Assembly (NCBI RefSeq): GCF_006345805.1
Contig: NC_043006.1
Coordinates: forward strand, 27,032,001 to 27,096,000
DNA length: 64,000 nt
Reading direction: 5' to 3'
DNA from: Octopus sinensis
Taxonomy: Eukaryota
Made by a program: the position numbers and the translations under genes
The notes under the pieces: model-generated
Told to the model about the DNA's origin: nothing
Database searches by the model: none
The model's input: the letters and a program-made list of their open reading frames with translations, nothing else
Shown here: positions 47,762-60,090 of the stretch, one piece after another
Layout: every line of letters begins with the position of its first letter
How positions within the stretch are numbered: position 1 is the stretch's first letter

Positions 47762-48070
47762 CTATATTTTTGAGATGAGGAATTATGTACATTATTTACA
47801 ATGGATGGATAGGTATACTCACCTTGTTTGTTGTTATCACATTTCAGCTAATGTACTCTCCAACCTTCATCAGGTGTTCTGGTGGAATTTCGAACCCAAA
47901 CCTTCATTTGACTAATGGGGTACACTGTTCTCATTCCTAAGGCATGTTGCTGATGTTATTTTTCTGTTGATTCACTCTATAATTGCCCACGGGCATACAG
48001 CATAGTGGATAAGAGTGTGGGCTACTAACCCTTGGATTCTAAGTTCAATCCCAGACAGGGACTTGAAAAA
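47762..48070. mobile_element. Second locus of the same element: minus-strand hammerhead tail (47762-47960) abutting a plus-strand tRNA-like head (47973-48070)
   Basis: tcatcag at 47867-47873 in a tail homologous to 426-560 and 1000-1040; head 'cactctataattgcccacgggcatacagcatagtggataag...gttcaatccc' homologous to 800-870. Confidence 0.65.
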
Positions 48071-48095
48071 TAATCTCTTGCTTCAAGTTCTAGAC

Positions 48096-48265
48096 CAGTG
48101 GTTCCCAACCCTTTTATTTAAATTAGTTTTCTCACAGACCCCTTTTAATATGCTTATCCTTATGTATGTATATATATAGGAAATTTTGAATTTAGTTCAC
48201 AGACCCCTTCAGTACTACCTTTGCGGATCACCAGGGGTCTGTGGACCCTAGTTTGGGAACCACTG
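48096..48265. mobile_element. hAT (Charlie-like) MITE, 170 bp, perfect 8-bp TSD
   Basis: TIRs CAGTGGTTCCCAA / TTGGGAACCACTG; TSD TTCTAGAC at 48088-48095 and 48266-48273. Confidence 0.93.
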
Positions 48266-49239
48266 TTCTAGACACTCCCCACATTTGTTGTGGAACAAAA
48301 TAAAACTGAAAACTGATAGTTCTAGGATCAGATGATAAAGAAGATATGACATATCACAGTGAAGAGAATAATGAAAGAAATCCACTTGACTAAAGCCTCT
48401 CAATCCATATAAGTGGTTCTGTAAAATTGTTTGATACTAATAAAACTTTTCTTTTCTAAGAAGGCAGAACATAATATTACTAATAATTGGTGCGCATATG
48501 TAAAGTTTTCCATACTTAGAAAGTGAAACTTGCAACTAGAAGTTGTCTGACTATAATATAAAATAACTGCATGTATACCATAATATTTTAGACTGAAATT
48601 AAACAATAGATTTGAATAAAACTTGGAAAGCAGCCACCAAGTTTTTTTTTTTTTTTATCATTACAATCTGTATTACTTTTTCTCTTTTTTTTATACATTG
48701 ATGGAATATTCTGGTATCATCTTCAGAAAAAAGATGCTGAGGTCAAGCATCTGTTTAATCATTGTGACATTTTGATTTTATTCAGACACTGGACAGAAGA
48801 TAAAAGTCAAGAAGAGAGGCAAAAGGACTGAATTTAAAAAATGAAGAAACTAGAGATAATCTTTCTGGGAATTCCTTGGAATGACATTTCCAAAAGAGTG
48901 AATAAAACAGTCTTGCAATTAGAAGATGTGAACATAGTTGTTGCAATGAATCTTCTTGAGTCTGAAAATTTTCAGAAAATTAAAAACAAATGTAGTGAAT
49001 ATGAATTGAATACCAGGAGGTGTACAGATTATAGCTATTTTTTTTTCATTTTATCTAGTTTCAGCTGTGGCCATGCTGGGACACCGCCATTCACACCGCT
49101 ATGTGTGAAAAAAAAAAAAAGAACACGGCTGAAGTGTATGTCTTACAAGATATAATACGTCAGAAGAAACAATGTTTATCAGTGAAAGGTGGAAACATTT
49201 CTCTTTGTTCTGGGCTCTCTAATCTCTGAACAGATAAAG

Positions 49240-51015
49240 CATGCAGTCCAATCTAGTGATAAAGGATGAAATTTGGCCTCATCTTTATGATCCAGAAATG
49301 AAGGCTCAGTCCATGAAAAGGCATCACAATTCTTCACTAAGACCTAAAAAGTTTAGGAACCAGCAACTAGCACAGAATTTTCTGGAATGTGATTGTACCA
49401 TGAACAGTGAGCAGTACACTGAGATGCCTAAAAAGCATAGAAAAACCAACAGGATGAAGAGACTGAACAAGAATCTGAAAATGATCTACATTTACCATGA
49501 CAATGTGTGACCACACATAACTTTATCGATTAATCAGACAACAAATCGGGTTGGTAAGTGATCCCCCATTCACTATATGAGCCCAAATCTGGTACCTTCT
49601 GACCTTCCACATGTTTGGTTCAATGTAGGACAGTCTTTGATGATAAAGTAGGTTTAATAGTGCACACCTGAATTTTCTCCAAAGAGGATTCAGAAATTGA
49701 GTTCAGTGAATGTGCAAATATTAGGTTGCTCTGAAAATAATGACCACTCTAAGTGTTGTGTTTTGAAATGTAATTTTATCATAGCATTATAATTATATTT
49801 TAGGTGAATTTCGACATACTTAATAATTGATGTATGCTCTTTAATAATTTTTTACTTATTTCAGATGGAAAACATTCTTGAAGCATAGGTGCCCTTAATT
49901 ATGAACATGACAAAAAAGGACCTTTGCTTACTTTTCTTGCATGAGTTCAAGCTTGGGCACAATGCCTCCCAAACTGCTGCCAATATCAACAGAGCATGGG
50001 GAGAGGAGTCCACAAGTGATCGTACAGTATGAAGGTGGTTTCAAAAATTCCATAGTAGTGATGACAGCCTTGAAGAAGATAGAAGATGGTCATGCAGTTT
50101 TGACAATGAACAATTAAAAGCAATTGTTGAACAAAACTTACAATGTGTCAGAGAAATATCTCAGGCCTTTGGTGTCGGTATTGCAATGGTCTGATGCAAT
50201 CTGCAGAAGATTGGCAAGGTAAAAGCTCAATAAATGGGTACCACATGAGCTCAATGAAAATCAAAAAGTTTTGCGTTTTGAAGGGTGCTCAATGCTTTTT
50301 CTGCAAAACACTAATGATCTTTTTCTTGATTGAATAGTCACTTGTGACGAAAAGTGGATCCTTTATGATAACCATAAACAATCAGGTCAATGGCTTGATT
50401 GTGATGAGTCCCCCAAACATTTTCCAAAGCCAAAGTTGCATCAGCAAAAGATTATGGTGACTGCCTGGTGGTCTGCAATTGGTGTTGTCCATTACAGCTT
50501 TCTAGAAGCCAATCAGAGAATTACAGCAGAGGTTTACTGCAATCAACCTGCTGAAATGCATATTCACTTGCAAAAAATAAGACCTGCATTGGTGAATTGG
50601 CATGGCCCAATTCTGCTCCACAATAATGCAAAGCCACATGTTGCAAGAATGACACTGCAGAAACTCACAGACTTGGGATATGAGACTTTACCACATCCTC
50701 TTGATCTTTCACCCACTGACTACCATTTTTTAAGCATTTAAACATGTTTTTAAATGATAACACTTTCAGGTCCAAACCAAAGGTGGAATCAACTTTCAAA
50801 GATTTCTTAGCATCTAAGCCAATAAGTTTTTATCAGCGAGGCATAAATAATTCTCGTTGAATTGTGGAAGAGATGCATAGATGTTCACAGCTCATACTTT
50901 GACTAATCAAAACATTTCTATTGTTAATTTTTCCAGAATAAAATTATGTTTCTGAAATCTGCTATTATTTTTAAAACAATCTAATTCATTGCTTGTTGTG
51001 GTGTGTATGCTGAGT
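49240..51015 (+). mobile_element. Older mariner remnant (DETW..YDPE type) split by the 49721-50984 element
   Basis: DEIWPHLYDPEMKAQSM...PKKF (ORF 49241-49510), SPNLVPSD-like at ~49580, GIQKL-like just before 49721, and IA..G.Y.E*-like end resuming at 50987-51015. Confidence 0.65.
49721..50984 (+). mobile_element. Full-length inactive mariner (HsMar1/cecropia-like) with TIRs
   Basis: TIRs TTAGGTTGCTCTGAAAATAAT / ATTATTTTTAAAACAATCTAA after a TA; 1264 bp. Decayed transposase 49901-50906 with LHEFKLGHNASQTAANINRAWG, KWVPHEL, TCDEKWILYDN, HNNAKPH (second catalytic D changed to N), SPTDYHF; stops and frameshifts. Confidence 0.92.
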
Positions 51016-51337
51016 AATACCTTTGTATAGGAGAAAAGTCACTCTACTAACATGTGCAATTTGAATGACTTATGTCATTAAATCAAAAAGCTATACTTGC
51101 CTTTGCATTACTTTCAAGATAACCCTAATAGATTTAAAACCCTAAACTTCTTCCTTTAAAGAAAATACAACTCTCTGTTATTATAAAGAACTTTCTGAGT
51201 TGTTTCAAGTTTTATAGCTTATCATTCTTAATTCTTGCAGTACCTGTTTTTACTTTTTTTAAAGATCAAATGTAAGGTTAGGCTAGGAGCTGCAAAATAT
51301 TAGACCAACATGTTTTTTCATACAGCTAAAGCTTGTC

Positions 51338-51560
51338 ATCATCATTACTACCTAATGTCCATCTTCCATGCTGATATGGATAGTTTGACAGGATCCAATT
51401 AGTCAGAGGACACTGTCATGTGTCAATGACTGCAATGGTACAGTTTCTATGGCTAGATGCCCTTCCTAATTAATACCAACCAGTTTACAGAGAGTACTGA
51501 GTACTTTTTTCATGGCACCAGTACTAGTGAAGTCACCACATAACTCACAAGACTAAAATC
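51338..51560 (-). mobile_element. RTE LINE 3' tail copy
   Basis: gctagatgcccttcctaat...cagtactagtgaagtcacc. Confidence 0.75.
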
Positions 51561-52069
51561 TCCTTCAAATGAGTGAGAGTGTAGTACAGAGAGGAGTGGG
51601 TTTATGTCAGATGAACATATGAAAGAAGGTGCAAGAACAGATTTCTTGTAAAGGAGATGCAATGGCTACCCCATATTATATAAAGGTGGGTGGATGTATT
51701 TGAGAGACACAAGTTGAAGTGGTCAGAGGTATATAATGGGTAAATGAATAGGAGGTGATTCAAAAGAGAGGAAGAAATAATGGGAGTATACAGATGATGG
51801 TCAATGGAAAATGTGATGAGGAAGGACGATATTCAGAATGAAAGATGGATGCCAAAGAAAGTGGAATGAGGGATTAGAAGAGATAACTGGCAGCACAGAA
51901 AAGTATGATGAAATATGTAGTTCTGCTCTCATGTAATTACAGCCTCAAAATACTGCAGTAGTTAGGAGGGTGATGGATGGATGAGTGATAAGGAGATGAG
52001 GGAGTGGTGAGAAAAGTTTGACAGAGATAAGCTGAGCAAGAGGTTCAGTTATGTGTATGCACATTAGCT

Positions 52070-53780
52070 TCCAGGACTTCTGTATTTCTGTGATGGACAG
52101 GTCTTCTTGGGTACTGCATATCACCAATAATCTTGCCCCTTTGTCATCTACCCTAAAAGACTCAAATTTCTGAGATCAGCCATGTTGTCATGGTTTCCTT
52201 CTTCCACAAGCTTCCACATTAAGTGATTGGCATTTTTTTATACTGTTGCTTTCATCCATACATATCACATGTCCATACCAGCATAGTCTTCTCTATTGCC
52301 CACTGCATTCGATTTCTCTTATGCCTAGTACTTTGTCATTCATACAGACATTGCACTCCACTGGAGGATATTAGCATCATTTCTTTCTAGTTTTCATAAG
52401 TATTTTTCATTCATGGCCCACAGCTCACTAACATACAGCAATGCAATTTGTACAAAAACCTCAGGCAATCTACTTTCATGCTAAGACAGAAATCTTTTGT
52501 TACCAACAGAGTAATAGCTCTCAGAACTTTCTCCAACGTGCTTTTATTCTAGCTACTATACTTTCAGAACATAGCTAATTTGGTCACCTAAGTAACAGAA
52601 GCTTTCTTGGTATATCTGGGGATCCTCCCAGACTTTTAAGAAAATCTATTTTTCATTTTCCTCTTGCATATATGTAGAAAATTGCTTCTGCACATCTGCC
52701 ACAAAGTTTACTTTTTCTGTTAATTTACTCATGATACAACTGCTTGTGTGTACCCATTGTTTGTATTGAGTACACCAAATAGAATTTCTACATATTGAGC
52801 AAGGCCGTTTCTCTAGTGGAAATAGAGTCCTGCCTATTTTTCTAGCTTGTAAAACTTTGGGCTTTGTAAATCTAACTTTAAGACTCTTTGATTCAAGGTT
52901 TGCTTGCACACGTGGAATTTCCTTTCTGATTCTACTACAGATTCAGTTATAAAAATGTAGTCACCATATAGCAGTTCCCATGGGTAGCCAGTCTTAAACT
53001 CCTATATTATGACCTGGAGGTCTATGATGAATAGGAAGAGATTGAGTGGACCCCTACTTGCTCACTGAATTTGTTGCAGTACTTGTTGGCTAACTGTCAC
53101 CTTACTGACAGTACCTCTGTACATGGTTTGTATGGCCCTCACAAGCCATTCATCACTGAATTTTCTCAGTAACCACTAGATCACAGAGCAAGACACCATG
53201 TTGAAAGCTTTCTCCAGGTCAATAAATGCTAAGTACAGGGGCTTACTTTTTACTAAATACTTCTTATGCAATTGCCTCCTCACTAAGAAGAGAGCATCAG
53301 TAGCATTTTCCCCTGGTAAAAACCAAACTGTACCTAATCTCAGTTAATTTTCTTTCTAATTAAGTGATAACTTTTTTCCATAACTTTCATGACCTGGTTC
53401 AGCTATTTGATACCCCTGTTACTTTACCTCTGTAACGGTTAACTATGAAATTGCTACACCAGCCATTGGGTATGATACTTTCCTGTACAACCTGATTACT
53501 TATATGAATGAGTAAGCTGTACCCCAAGTATCTCAGTGGTAATTCCTGATTGTTGAGAGGCTTTTCCTGTCTTCATATCCTTAATAGCTTTATTGTATTG
53601 CTAGAGTGGTTGGTCTCTCTGTAGAATCCATATTTGGAAGATTCTCTTTCTCCTCATAGCACTTCTATACCTTTCTTTTCCCAGGATCACCGAGTGCAAG
53701 CATACCATTATGCATCTGCATTCACTTCTCATCTGGTGCTTTGATTCTCTCTGATATATTACCCTGCAATCAAGAAAATC
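52070..53780 (-). mobile_element. Degraded RTE LINE fragments
   Basis: ORF 52646-52909 (LESKSLKV..TKPKV...PCSICR) and decayed FVDLEKAF region near 53200-53260. Confidence 0.7.
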
Positions 53781-54519
53781 CATCATACATATACATAAGT
53801 ATACACATATGCATACATATATACATAACATACACACACATATATGCATGTACAGGTAGATTAATAATTTATTTTTGATTAAAAGAGAATAAAATTATTC
53901 ATATTAATTAATTACATAAAAAATTAACATGCTTACAGTAGAAATATCAATTTAATTTAATGTTTACATATAGCATGAGCAAACTAATTTTTAACTCTGG
54001 ATTTGAATATTTTCGTAGAAATCTCCGTCCAATATACATAAATGCAAGATAGTTCAATCTACTCTGATTTATAAGATATCTTTGCTTATTTTGTATTGTT
54101 TTGAAATTTGAAAATAACAGTCCATCACTGAATTATCTTTTACATTTAACCATATTTGTAATCTAGTTTTGATTTTGAAAAGAAAATTTCAGGTACTTTT
54201 CCATTATCAGGTAGCAAAACTGAAGCTCTACAGTATGATTAGGTTTCTTAGGTTCACTGAATTTCAGTTTTGCTGTCTTCCAAAATATTCAGGATTTATA
54301 TTGACAAGATGAAAAGACTTTTTTTTTTGCAATGTTTCTGATTAAAAGAAATAACTTAAGTGTATCATTCAGTTTCTGATAAGCTTTTAAATGCTTTGAC
54401 ATAACAGGACACAGATTATCTGTAATAACAAGAGATATTTCATTTTAAAGAAAGAGTTTGAATTTCAAAATTTAAGAAAAAAAAATTGGGGGGGGATAAA
54501 AACAGAACCAAAAAAGCTG

Positions 54520-54905
54520 TAGATGGCAGAATCAATAGAACACAGAACAAAATGTCGTTACATTTAGTGGACTTCCTTTATATTTTGCTTTTCATTTTTC
54601 TCTGGGGTTGATGAAAACAGGATTAATTTAATAGAATGCTTACAATTCCCAAATATATGCCTTTATTAGGTATCAATACAACCTGGTAAATTTAGATGGT
54701 AAACTGGCAGAATCATTAACATGCCAGACAAAATGCTTAGATGCATTTTGTCTGTCTACATTCTGAGTTCAAATTCCATGATGGTCAACTTTGCCTTTCA
54801 TCATTTTGGGGTTGATAAAATAAGTACCCGTTTAGCACCGAGGTCAATGTAATCGATTTATCCCTCCCCTGAAATTGCTGGCCTTGTATCAAAATTTGAA
54901 ACCAA
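54520..54905 (+). mobile_element. tRNA-derived SINE family 2, a degenerate copy followed by a full copy
   Basis: ggcagaatc...aaaatgcttag...ctgagttcaaattcc...tttgcctttcatc...ggggttgataaaataagtacc...aatcga; the ggcagaatca head appears twice (~54525, ~54705). Confidence 0.75.
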
Positions 54906-55084
54906 TTTTACCAGATAGATCTGTTTGGGTTTATAGCTCATAATTACCATTGTTAACAAGATCTTTGGCTTTCTGCTTTATGTTTAAAGAAGTAGATTGA
55001 ATCACTTGAGTGTAAAATATTACTGCTTATTTAAAATTGCTTCAGTGCTTGACTCCCCACTCCAATTGTTTTTCTACATCAGAT

Positions 55085-56225
55085 CTATAAAAGAAATTCC
55101 AGGTGTGGAAACACTAGAATCTAAGGGCTTTAAGGCTAACTTAGCAAAAACCTAAGGTTTTAGATAGCAAGAAAATAGACAAGACTCTACCTGCTTCAGG
55201 TGAATGGCCCTGCTTGATATGTAGGAAATGTGTAGGCAGGAATAAGGTGTACCCAGTGTAAGCTGTGGACACACAAGAGGTGCAGTGGAACAATAGGAAG
55301 GTTATCAGAGTAGTGTTCATATGTAGAAGATAAACAGGAGCCATAAAATTACAAATACTCGGAAAGTTAATTTCCTCAAATGCCCTGGAGCTAACTTGGG
55401 AACTAAATTAGTAGTGGGGGAGGTTGTATGGAAAGTGTAATAGCTAAAATAAGAATAAGATGAAGAAAATTCAGAGAACATTTACTTCTGTTTGCAACCA
55501 AAGGTCTCTCTTTTCAGATGAAAAGAAGATTGTATGGTGTATGTATATGAACAGCAATTCTAGATGGTAGTGAGACATGGGCCCTGAATGAGGAGTACAT
55601 GTGAGGGCTAGAGAGGAATGAGGCTGGTATGCTTTACTGGATGTACAATATCAATGTATATGTTCAACTGAGTGCTAGAGTATTAACAGAAAATTTAGGC
55701 ATAAGAGGAATTAGATGCAGTGTGCAAGAGAGAAGACCGCATTGGTTTAGTCATATGATGCACATGGATGTAGATAGCTCTATAAAGAAATGCTGATCAC
55801 TCAAAGTGGATGGAACTCATAGAAGAGGGAGACCCAGAAAAACATGGGATGAAGTACTGAAAGACAATCTCAAGACACTAAACCTTAAAGAGGAGATGAC
55901 AAAGGACTGATATATCTGGCACCTTGCTGTACCCAAGAAGACCTGTCCTCTACAGTAGGGGTTAATGCTGCTCTCCCTGCTGAAGCGGATTGGCCTGCAA
56001 GAGCCCTGTGCTGATGCCACATAAAAAGTACCCATGCCAGCACCACATAAAAACACCTGTACCAGTGTCATATAAAAAGCACCCAGCACACCCTTAAGTT
56101 GTTGGCATTAGGAAGGGCATCCAGCCATAGAAACCAAACCAAATCTGGTGCAGCTCCTCTGCTCGCCAGCTCTGATCAAACCGTCCAACCCATGCCAGCA
56201 TGAAAAATGGATGTTAAAGGAAAAT
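55085..56225 (+). mobile_element. RTE-clade LINE 3' portion with 3' UTR
   Basis: Decayed LESKG..LAKTKV and GRPRKTWDEVLK motifs, then the ATAAAAAGCACCC repeats and GGAAGGGCATCCAGCC tail. Confidence 0.85.
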
Positions 56226-56379
56226 GATATGTTTTTATACAATTGTCCTCATCATAGATGTTTACTGTCACCGATACTGACACAATATTTTGATTAGTAT
56301 TGTTTCCAACCATCTTCAGGTTCTAAGTTTTATCTTTGAGCTGGTCTAGGAATGTCCAATTAAAATAAATAATAAATGG

Positions 56380-56720
56380 ATAGGGAAATGAGGAAAGCTT
56401 CTAACAATGTGGACAGGTAAGTTGAAAAACCTTTATATATTTCAGGTACAAAGACCCGTCTTCAGAAGGATACAGTTAAAAAAATGTGAGTTTACATATA
56501 TCCTGTCATTTGGATAACTGAATGGGCAGTGACATCACTTAGCCTGGTGAGTGTGCTAGCGGTAGCATTTCCTCCAAAAGATGGTGTTGTTGATGCTGTA
56601 ATGGTGACAGTGGGGGTGGTGATGGAAATAGTCTGGAAGGAAATAGTCTGAAAGGAAAAGTCTGAAGGAAAAGTCTGAAAACAAACATCAGTATAAACAA
56701 CTTATCTAAAAAGCAAAAAA
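56380..56720 (-). mobile_element. Probable PLE terminal-repeat fragment carrying the hammerhead; includes an ~14-bp minisatellite at 56626-56680
   Basis: ACC-rich tract upstream of the hammerhead on the minus strand; four AAA(T)AGTCTG(G)AAGG units. Confidence 0.45.
56430..56469 (-). ncRNA. Minimal type I hammerhead ribozyme motif with palindromic stem III
   Basis: Minus strand reads CCUU-CUGAAGA-C-GGGU(CUUUGU)ACCU-GAA-AUAUAU-A-AAGG: stem I CCUU/AAGG, self-complementary AUAUAU stem III, AUA triplet. Confidence 0.7.
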
Positions 56721-57164
56721 AATATAGGCAATATGGGGACGATGCTTAAATGCCTTGAAATTACACTTTTAACTTGTTGTTTCCTCTACATACAGTTGTA
56801 TAGTAATACAATATTATTAAATCCTCTGCAACAATAGGTCAAGGGACTAGAACAACACCCCCAGTCATTAAATAAAGGCTCCAGATTTTACATCACACCT
56901 AACTCAAGAATATTTAATGCAGCACCTGAAATATGTCTGGCATTGCATTGCCTAGTTAATACTAATTAATTCAAGTATTATTTTTCTTGTAGATGACATC
57001 TTGGAATTATTTATTGTCTAAATGATTCTATTTTTTTATACTAACCAAACTACCATATTGTAAAATAATTTACTGTTTCTTTCATTACTATTTCAGTCTC
57101 TTCAGCTGAGATCCGAATAAGTATATATGATGAATGAAAAACATTAAAATATACCTAGATGGTG

Positions 57165-57345
57165 CACTGACAGAAGTGTTACCACGCTGAGAAATGTTTA
57201 GTTGCATTTCTTGCAATTTCATGTTCTAAGTTTAAATGCCACTGGGGTTGACTTTGTCTTTCATCCTTTCAGGGGTCAATAAAATAAGTACCAGTCAAAC
57301 TCTCCTACCTCAAAATTGCTGGTCTTATACCAAAAGTTGAAACAG
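57165..57345 (+). mobile_element. SINE family 2
   Basis: ctaagtttaaat...gactttgtctttcatcctttcaggggtcaataaaataagtaccagtc...aaaagttgaaac. Confidence 0.7.
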
Positions 57346-57451
57346 GTATTAAAACACATCTGGAATTCTCTCCCATGTTTGCATGCATGCTAAAATAATT
57401 AGACTAATCTTAGTCATTGATTAATGTAGCTTTTTCCTTACTGTATACTCT

Positions 57452-57843
57452 TTACTCTTTTACTGGTTTCAGTCATTTGACTGTGGCCATGCTGGAGCAC
57501 CGCCTTTAATCGAGCAACTCGACCCCGGGACTTATTCTTTTGTAAGCCCAGTACTTATTCTATCGGTCTCTTTTGCCAAACCGCTAAGTAACGGGGACAT
57601 AAACACATCAGCATCGGTTGTCAAGCAATGCTAGGGGGACAAACACACACACACACACATATATATATATACATATATACAATGGGCTTCTTTCAGTTTC
57701 CGTCTACCAAATCCACTCACAAGGCTTTGGTCGACCCGAGGCTATAGTAGAAGACACTTGCTCAAGGTACCACGCAGTGGGACTGAACCCGGAACCATGT
57801 GGTTGGTAAACAAGCTACTTACCACACAGCCACTCCTGCGCCT
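57452..57843 (-). mobile_element. SINE family 1, young full-length copy
   Basis: Near-identical reverse complement of the 23859-24272 copy. Confidence 0.93.
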
Positions 57844-59329
57844 GTATAGTTATTTCTTGCTAATTTTTCAATGACCCCCCCCACCTCCACAGCATTAAGT
57901 ATGTTAATACTAACATATTTTCTTTTTCCTTTTAGCCTTCTTTACATTTCTAGAACAATCACTAAATTTTCTAGAAACAAATAATGTTGTGCATCAGCAG
58001 AAGATGAGATGAAATTATATGAGAAGAGGAAATTTGTAATACTTCATATAGATCTTTTTATAGAAGAACAAGTAAACACTAGCAGAACCCATATTTCATA
58101 GAATTAATGGTGAACTTATTGGGTTATTTCTGAAAACTTTAGTCAAAAAGCCTGAAAGCATATCTTGTGTTGTGTCTGTATGGAAAGATAGTTGTTGCTC
58201 ATCTGTTACTCATTGGAAAGTGAAAGAAATTGGAATATGACAATTACTTGATGCACTTTATATACTTTATACACAGTTTTATAGACTTAATAAAATAAAT
58301 ATTCACTGTTATTTTTCCATTTTTCCCATAAAGAAAAAATACCTGCACATATGATACAACCTTCAGTTAAATTGCATATACCTGCCATGTTAAATAAGTG
58401 TGACTATTTTATGGAATTGCCTTTATGCCCATGCGTTAAGTAATAGGTGATATAAAAAATTTAGTTCAATTAAAGAAAATATACTTTTCACTATCCAATC
58501 ACCACCACTACCACCTCTCTCTGCCTTCCTTTAACCTCACCATTAGAACATCACCCCTCTGCTAAACTTATAATTTTAACTTTCCGCCTCTACCTTCAAC
58601 TAATTTTTTAACCACGTTCCCCCTCCCTCACGTCATGGGTGACTCTCTCTCCCTCTTTCTGTCTTACTCATCACCTTATCTTCTTTTTCTGTCTCCTCTC
58701 TTTCCCTTCAACTAATCACATGAAAGCATTACAATTACATTCATTTTACCTCACATAATGGACACCTCTCTCCCTCCTTTTCTCTAATCATGTGAAAGCA
58801 TTACAGACGGGCTAAGTAACAGAAAGACAAGCAGAATTATTATGAGATAGTGAGTCAGATTACCGGGAAAAGAGGAAGAGTTAGTGGAAAATTGAATGTG
58901 AAATTATAAGATAATGAAAGAAAGGGTGCAGCATATATAGGAAGAGTAGGTATGCAAGAGGAATTGAAAGGGATTATAATACATGCTTTTACAAAATAAC
59001 ATATGCACATGCTAAAGCACAAGGCTCCTAAAATACAAGCCTCAAAGTATTTGTTACTATTTGCTCATATAGAAGATTTGGTTAGCTGGATGTTCACTGT
59101 TTGGTAGGATTGAATTGAGTTGTGCTGTTTCCTATATACAATCAAGTTCATCTTAGATTTTTGATGAGACCATTTATTTATACATAAACTATACATATTA
59201 AAGATTTGTAGGTATGTGGTATTTCATTATGCAACCATAACATACTATACAGTATATTAGATGTTTTTATAAGTCATTACCACGATCTACTGTGTTAATA
59301 ATTGCACTGGTTACTTACTGGAGGATGGA

Positions 59330-60090
59330 TCACTGTTTAGCAGTAGAGTCATGAATATTGTCGACAGTGATTTGCGTTGGACAAAACACATCGCTAAAAT
59401 TGTCAAGAAGGCTGAGGGTGTCTTGGCATCACTCACCAAATCCTTTGTGAGCCGCTCTCCGGTTATCTATCTGCGGCTTTATATAGCTATGGTAAGACCT
59501 CACCTGGAATTTGCATCACCGGTCTGGAACCCCTATCTTGCCCAGGATATCAATCGTCTGGAAGCTGTTCAGCGACGTGCAACCAAAAGAATACCCTCCA
59601 TCAGGCAATTGCCATATCCTGAACGCCTGACTTCCCTGGGCATGGACACATTGAAACTCCGACGTCTGGCAGCTGACTTGGCAGACACCCATAAAATTAT
59701 CAACCATCGTACAAACAATAACTCTGAGCACCTTTTCAAACTCCACCCATCTAACACCTGTGGACATATTTACAAAGTCAGAAAACAACACAGTTCCCAT
59801 GACTTCAGGAAACATTTTTTCACGCTGAGAGTTGCTGAAGCATGGAACAAACTGCCGGCATCAGTTGTTAGTTGTCGGAGCACTGCATCCTTCAAAACTT
59901 CCATGCTTTCTGAGATTCGCCAACACAACACCTGATTTTCTCCCCTCCATACACACACAGGCATGTATCTGACTCATACATTGTTCGCTTTCCAGACATT
60001 TTTACATTACTGCATGTACTTTATATGCACTTTCTGACAAGTTGTGGTGCACCTGAGCACTGTATACAATAATTTCATTATTATTATATG
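59330..60090 (+). mobile_element. CR1-clade LINE, 5'-truncated (RT C-terminus, 3' UTR, (TTA)n tail)
   Basis: ORF 59351-59935 (194 aa, uninterrupted): VRPHLEFASPVWNP, LEAVQRRATK, YPERL..LGM.TL..RR, FF..RV..AWN.LP; short ATT tail near 60078-60088. Confidence 0.92.

Noticed and set aside
56626-56680. Short direct-repeat array as CRISPR
   Set aside because: Contiguous ~14-bp units with no unique spacers, eukaryotic context, no cas genes; a minisatellite.
58800-58830. Degenerate hammerhead (cagacgggctaagtaacagaaa)
   Set aside because: Loose resemblance to the 56430 motif only; the CUGA box and stem II are broken.
59085-59150. Second PLE GIY-YIG (LYIG on the minus strand)
   Set aside because: Only a 4-residue motif with no continuous frame; needs an HMM search.
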